From NCBI GenBank assembly GCA_963827655.1, contig CAWHCF010000042.1, positions 32,001 through 96,000 of the forward strand: DNA of 64,000 bases, written 5' to 3'. The number at the start of each line of letters is the position of its first letter. Position 1 is the first letter of the stretch. Below the pieces are notes generated by a model. The model saw nothing but the letters and a program-made list of their open reading frames with translations, did not search any database and was not told the DNA's origin. Below are positions 63,845-64,000 of the stretch, one piece after another. The DNA comes from an uncultured Acidobacteriota bacterium. GTDB taxonomy: Bacteria > Acidobacteriota > UBA6911. The translations under genes and the position numbers were made by a program.

Positions 63845-64000
63845 GGGTGCCCATCGAAATCCTTGACAATCTGAGCCGGCTCGCTGGCGCGCAGTCGGCC
63901 GAACCCCAGGGGTCACCCGGTTTTTCTGGAATCGACGCCTACCCTGGGTAGCTCTTCGGCCGAGGAAGGCGAGGCTGGAGCGGGGAACCAGTCTGACTTG

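Noticed and set aside
63915-64000. Possible 3' end of a minus-strand gene at the window edge
   Set aside because: Under 30 codons visible and no motif

Overview
GC-rich bacterial chromosomal window. The gene content suggests Acidobacteriota (ADOP-type duplicated permease, cytochrome c-PQQ dehydrogenase, DUF1549/1553-DUF1501 pairs, kinase-TolB protein, ECF/anti-sigma/HEAT operon); this is inference from gene families only. At least 12 ordinary genes are split by apparent single-base (+1) insertions, so most frameshifts are probably long-read consensus errors, and split ORFs are merged below. Most of the window is housekeeping or secreted-enzyme genes (Kgd/SucA, malate synthase, BshA, oxidoreductases, kinases, two VapBC-type TA modules). 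The standout locus is 9746-15274: a protein with three TIR-like domains translationally coupled to an effector-less nSTAND1 NTPase-TM-WD40 receptor. Its 14 WD40 repeats are nearly identical at DNA level except for about four hypervariable codons, an NLR-like candidate immune or allorecognition system. The intergenic DNA also holds about 17 copies of an octamer-built palindromic repeat, one apparently encoding a signal peptide. There are three other small two-copy non-coding elements (one with a demonstrable TAA target duplication), two internally deleted gene ghosts and a probable pseudokinase. All family calls come from motif recognition by eye; no database search was run.
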